Source: an uncultured Candidatus Saccharibacteria bacterium
Lineage (GTDB): Bacteria > Patescibacteriota > Saccharimonadia > Saccharimonadales > JACDBH01
Direction: 5' to 3'
Length of the DNA stretch: 64,000 nucleotides
Assembly (NCBI GenBank): GCA_964529785.1
Contig: CAZHAQ010000001.1
Span: 37,502 to 101,501, forward strand
In this document: in pieces, positions 61,022 to 64,000 of the stretch
How the letters are laid out: each line of letters begins with the position of its first letter
Numbering within the stretch: position 1 is the first letter of the stretch
Made by a program: the position numbers and the translations under genes
The notes under the pieces: generated by a model
Seen by the model: the letters and a program-made list of their open reading frames with translations, nothing else
What the model was told of the DNA's origin: nothing
Database searches by the model: none

Positions 61022-62530
61022 GTGAATAGTAAATTAGAGAAAAAGCTAAAAGATCTGCCTACCACTCCAGGCGTATATTTTCACAAAAACGTTAAAGGAG
61101 AGATAATTTATGTTGGCAAGGCAGCGGTTCTAAGGAACCGCGTTAGGCAGTATTTTCAAGCTTCTCGCAATAGAGATCCTAAGACTGAACTACTTGTCAG
61201 TGAAATCGACGACTTAGACTGGACGGAAGTAGAAAGCGAGATTGAAGCACTGTTTTTAGAAGCTGAGATGATCCGCCGCTATATGCCCCGATATAATATT
61301 CTGCTTAGGGATGATAAATCGGTTTCTTATGTTCGAATTGACTATAACAGCGACTATCCGACGGTAAGTGTTACTCGCCGGCCCTTGGATGATGATGCCC
61401 GTTATTTCGGTCCATATCTCAGTGCTAGTTCAATACGACAAGCATTAAAAATATTAAGACGAATATTCCCATTTGCTACGTCTAAATCTATTAATAAAAA
61501 ACGTGCTAGTTTGCACTATCATTTAGGTTTAGATCCGGGACTGGAAGAAGGGCGTACTAGTCTATCTGATTATCGGGCTAATCTTCGCAAGCTTATTGAT
61601 GTCATCCAGGGCAAACGAGTTCAAGTTATAAGAGAAATTGAAAAAGAGATGAAGCGAGCTGCTAAAGAGCAGGATTTTGAATTTGCAGCCAGGTTAAGAA
61701 ACCAGGTTTTTGCGCTAAATAATCTTCAGAAGCAGGTACTATTTAGCGATAAGGAAAATTTGGATCTCAGTCGGGATCATGCGCTTCAAGATTTGTCCGA
61801 ACTGCTGGGCCTGAACAAGATTCCCCGAAGGATTGAAGGTTATGATATTTCTCACATGTCCGGTACTGACACGGTTGCGAGTATGGTCGTATTTACTAAT
61901 GGTGTTTCCAACAAAGGAGAGTACCGAAAGTTTAAGATGCGCATTCCTGGCAACGATGATTTTGCTCACATGAGAGAGGTTTTATCAAGGCGATTAAGCG
62001 AAAAGAATACTAAGAATTGGCCAAAGCCTGATCTGTTCCTGATAGATGGCGGAAAGGGTCAGCTAGGAAGCGCTCTAGGAGTATTAAAAGAAAAGGGCAT
62101 AAGTTTGCCGGCTATAGGGATTGCCAAGCAGTTTGAGGAAATAATTATTAAGAAGGATTGGCCAAGCGCTCAGTTAAACAACGATAAATTGTCTGACTTA
62201 GGCGGTACCGTTGTGCAGAGTGAAGATTTTTTGACTGTCCGATTACCTCAGAGCTCTCATATTATTAAACTTCTGCAGCGAATACGTGATGAATCTCATA
62301 GGTTTGCAGTTAGCTATCACAGCTCACTTAAAGTAAAACGACAGACTGCCAGCTTGCTTGATGATATTCCAGGGATAGGGCCAACCACTAAAAAGAAGCT
62401 TCTAAGAACATTCGGGAGCTATAAAGGAATTGAACAGGCTAGAAAACAGGATCTTGAGGTTGTGTTAGGCGAAAAAAAGGCACACGTTTTAAGACAATAT
62501 CTTCGCGCTAATAAGCGTGGTGCGCTATAA
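61022..62530 (+). CDS. uvrC: Excinuclease ABC subunit C
   Basis: PGVY..IIYVGKA, FEFAARLRN, RIEGYDISH, IDGGKGQL, RDESHRFA, HhH IPGIGP. Confidence 0.97.
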   Translation: MNSKLEKKLKDLPTTPGVYFHKNVKGEIIYVGKAAVLRNRVRQYFQASRNRDPKTELLVSEIDDLDWTEVESEIEALFLEAEMIRRYMPRYNILLRDDKSVSYVRIDYNSDYPTVSVTRRPLDDDARYFGPYLSASSIRQALKILRRIFPFATSKSINKKRASLHYHLGLDPGLEEGRTSLSDYRANLRKLIDVIQGKRVQVIREIEKEMKRAAKEQDFEFAARLRNQVFALNNLQKQVLFSDKENLDLSRDHALQDLSELLGLNKIPRRIEGYDISHMSGTDTVASMVVFTNGVSNKGEYRKFKMRIPGNDDFAHMREVLSRRLSEKNTKNWPKPDLFLIDGGKGQLGSALGVLKEKGISLPAIGIAKQFEEIIIKKDWPSAQLNNDKLSDLGGTVVQSEDFLTVRLPQSSHIIKLLQRIRDESHRFAVSYHSSLKVKRQTASLLDDIPGIGPTTKKKLLRTFGSYKGIEQARKQDLEVVLGEKKAHVLRQYLRANKRGAL

Positions 62531-62542
62531 TGCGCAATTGTT

Positions 62543-63766
62543 ATGTATTCAGAATTTTTCACTGCTGACTTTTTTATTAGCAATCGTCGTAAGTTACAGG
62601 AGTCTATAGACTCAGAACTAATCGTACTAAGCGCCAACGGGCTGTTGCAGCGCAGCGCTGATACAACTTTTCCATTTAGGCAAGATAGCAATTTTTGGTA
62701 CTTGACCGGAGTAGACGAACCGGATTTTGTGCTAGTAATTAATCGCGAAGAAACTTTTTTAATCGCGCCTAAAAGGGGCGAGCACCGAGACCAGTGGGAT
62801 GGAGCAATAGATAAAAAAGCTATTTTAGAAGCCTCAGGTATAGATGAAATTTTAGAGCATCATGCTGGCTGGACTAAACTGGATCTGATGATTAAAAAGT
62901 ATAAAAAAATCCATACAATATATCCAGCAGAAGCCTATCTGGATCATTTTGGTTTTTACGCTAATCCTGCAAGGGGCGCACTGTTAAGTTCGCTTAAAAA
63001 GCACCGTAAACTGGAAATAACCGACATAAGAAAACCGCTAGCCAGACTTAGGCAGATCAAGCAGCCGCCTGAGATTAAGGCTATTCAAAAGGCAATTGAT
63101 ATAACTTCCAAGTCATTGATAGCAGTAAAGAAGAAAATTAATAGCTACAATTACGAATATCAAGTAGAAGCCGATGTAACAAGGGAATTTTTAAGACGAA
63201 GTGCTAGCGGACATGCCTATCAGCCGATCATTGCCGCAGGTAGAAATGCAGCAACCATTCATTATATGAAAAACAATCAGCCTATAAATGAAGGTGCTTT
63301 ACTACTGATGGATGTCGGTGCTGAGGTGTGCAATTACAGTGCTGATATTACGAGGACCTTTGCAATTACAAAACCTACGACTAGACAGTTGGCTGTGTAC
63401 GAGGCAGTTAAAAATATGCGGGAGTATGCATTAAGCCTGCTCAGGCCTGGGTTGGATATGAAAAAATTTGAACAATCTGTAGATCGGGAAATGGCCAAGG
63501 AGCTTTTAAAGTTAAAATTAATTAACGATGTAGACGACAAGCGGAAATTAAAAAAGTATTATCCTCATCTGGTATCTCATTTTCTTGGCTTAGATACTCA
63601 CGATGCTGCCGACTATACCCAGCCGTTAGCAGATGGAATGGTACTTACTGTAGAGCCAGGAATATATATACCAGATGAGGATATAGGCATAAGGATAGAA
63701 GATAATATTCTTGTAACAGAGACCGGTATAGAAATTCTAAGCATTGACTTGCCGATCGATCTTTAA
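62543..63766 (+). CDS. pepP: Xaa-Pro aminopeptidase (M24B)
   Basis: FRQDSNFWYLTG, IHY, DVGAE..YSADITRT, HFLGLDTHD, TVEPGIY, IRIEDN motifs. Confidence 0.93.
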   Translation: MYSEFFTADFFISNRRKLQESIDSELIVLSANGLLQRSADTTFPFRQDSNFWYLTGVDEPDFVLVINREETFLIAPKRGEHRDQWDGAIDKKAILEASGIDEILEHHAGWTKLDLMIKKYKKIHTIYPAEAYLDHFGFYANPARGALLSSLKKHRKLEITDIRKPLARLRQIKQPPEIKAIQKAIDITSKSLIAVKKKINSYNYEYQVEADVTREFLRRSASGHAYQPIIAAGRNAATIHYMKNNQPINEGALLLMDVGAEVCNYSADITRTFAITKPTTRQLAVYEAVKNMREYALSLLRPGLDMKKFEQSVDREMAKELLKLKLINDVDDKRKLKKYYPHLVSHFLGLDTHDAADYTQPLADGMVLTVEPGIYIPDEDIGIRIEDNILVTETGIEILSIDLPIDL

Positions 63767-63826
63767 CTAATTTAGAATCGGGAATCTTTTATTTAAGGAG
63801 TCAATGAATTACAATGATGCTGAAGT

Positions 63827-64000
63827 ATGAAAAAACCTTGGTCTAGATTTCTAATTCGTTGGGTTGTCTGCAGCTTAGGATTGTGGATTGCTGCCGGCTT
63901 TTTAAGCGGTGGAATAGATTATAATGGCCAAATTGGGATAATTATTATGGCCGGACTTATACTGGCAATAATTAATACTTTAATAAGGCCTTTGGTCGTA
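63827..64000 (+). CDS. YvlD/DUF360 (phage holin 4_2 family) membrane protein, 3'-truncated by window edge
   Basis: MKKPWSRFLIRWVVCSLGLWIAA...AGLILAIINTLIRPLVV matches the family pattern. Confidence 0.8.
   Translation, partial: MKKPWSRFLIRWVVCSLGLWIAAGFLSGGIDYNGQIGIIIMAGLILAIINTLIRPLVV

Noticed and set aside
63827-64000. Phage lysis cassette suggested by the holin-family name
   Set aside because: YvlD/DUF360 proteins are common chromosomal membrane proteins, and there is no phage context in the window.

Overview
A 64-kb chromosomal segment that looks like a Candidatus Saccharibacteria (TM7, Patescibacteria/CPR) genome. This is inferred from the streamlined AlaRS and MetRS, the gene repertoire, sparse Shine-Dalgarno use and apparent leaderless starts; the genetic code is standard. 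Most of the window is housekeeping: pyk-pgk-tpiA, pcrA, rsmA, tmRNA, metG, tatD, iscS, mnmA, alaS, ruvX, mltG, obgE, sbcB, uvrA, uvrC, rplY. The standout is a ~13-kb block (20423-33503) between iscS and mnmA. It holds a divergent F1-like ATPase operon in canonical atpE-F-H-A-G-D-C order but with no subunit a. Its first gene appears to be a subunit-c-like hairpin that keeps the RNP loop, has Leu in place of the ion-binding Glu, and is fused to an exported beta-domain. Epsilon lacks its inhibitory C-terminal helices. Six secreted or membrane-anchored WxL/pilin/fibre-like genes follow directly. This suggests an ion-uncoupled, ATP-driven rotary machine linked to a surface appendage (hypothesis). 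Other notable items: a 361-aa intein with a GIY-YIG-like insert in PcrA, a tmRNA with an atypical T-loop and 26-codon tag, a catalytically altered PyrF-like protein, a Met-Met leader peptide before metG, a nadD remnant, tandem LysM-CHAP paralogs (one with a structured leader and probable ATT start), a small membrane protein with a sequestered RBS, a poly-T frameshifted gene, a GC-rich orphan with a long RNA hairpin, and a lysozyme-SGNH fusion. All calls come from reading the sequence and motifs by eye; no database searches were run.
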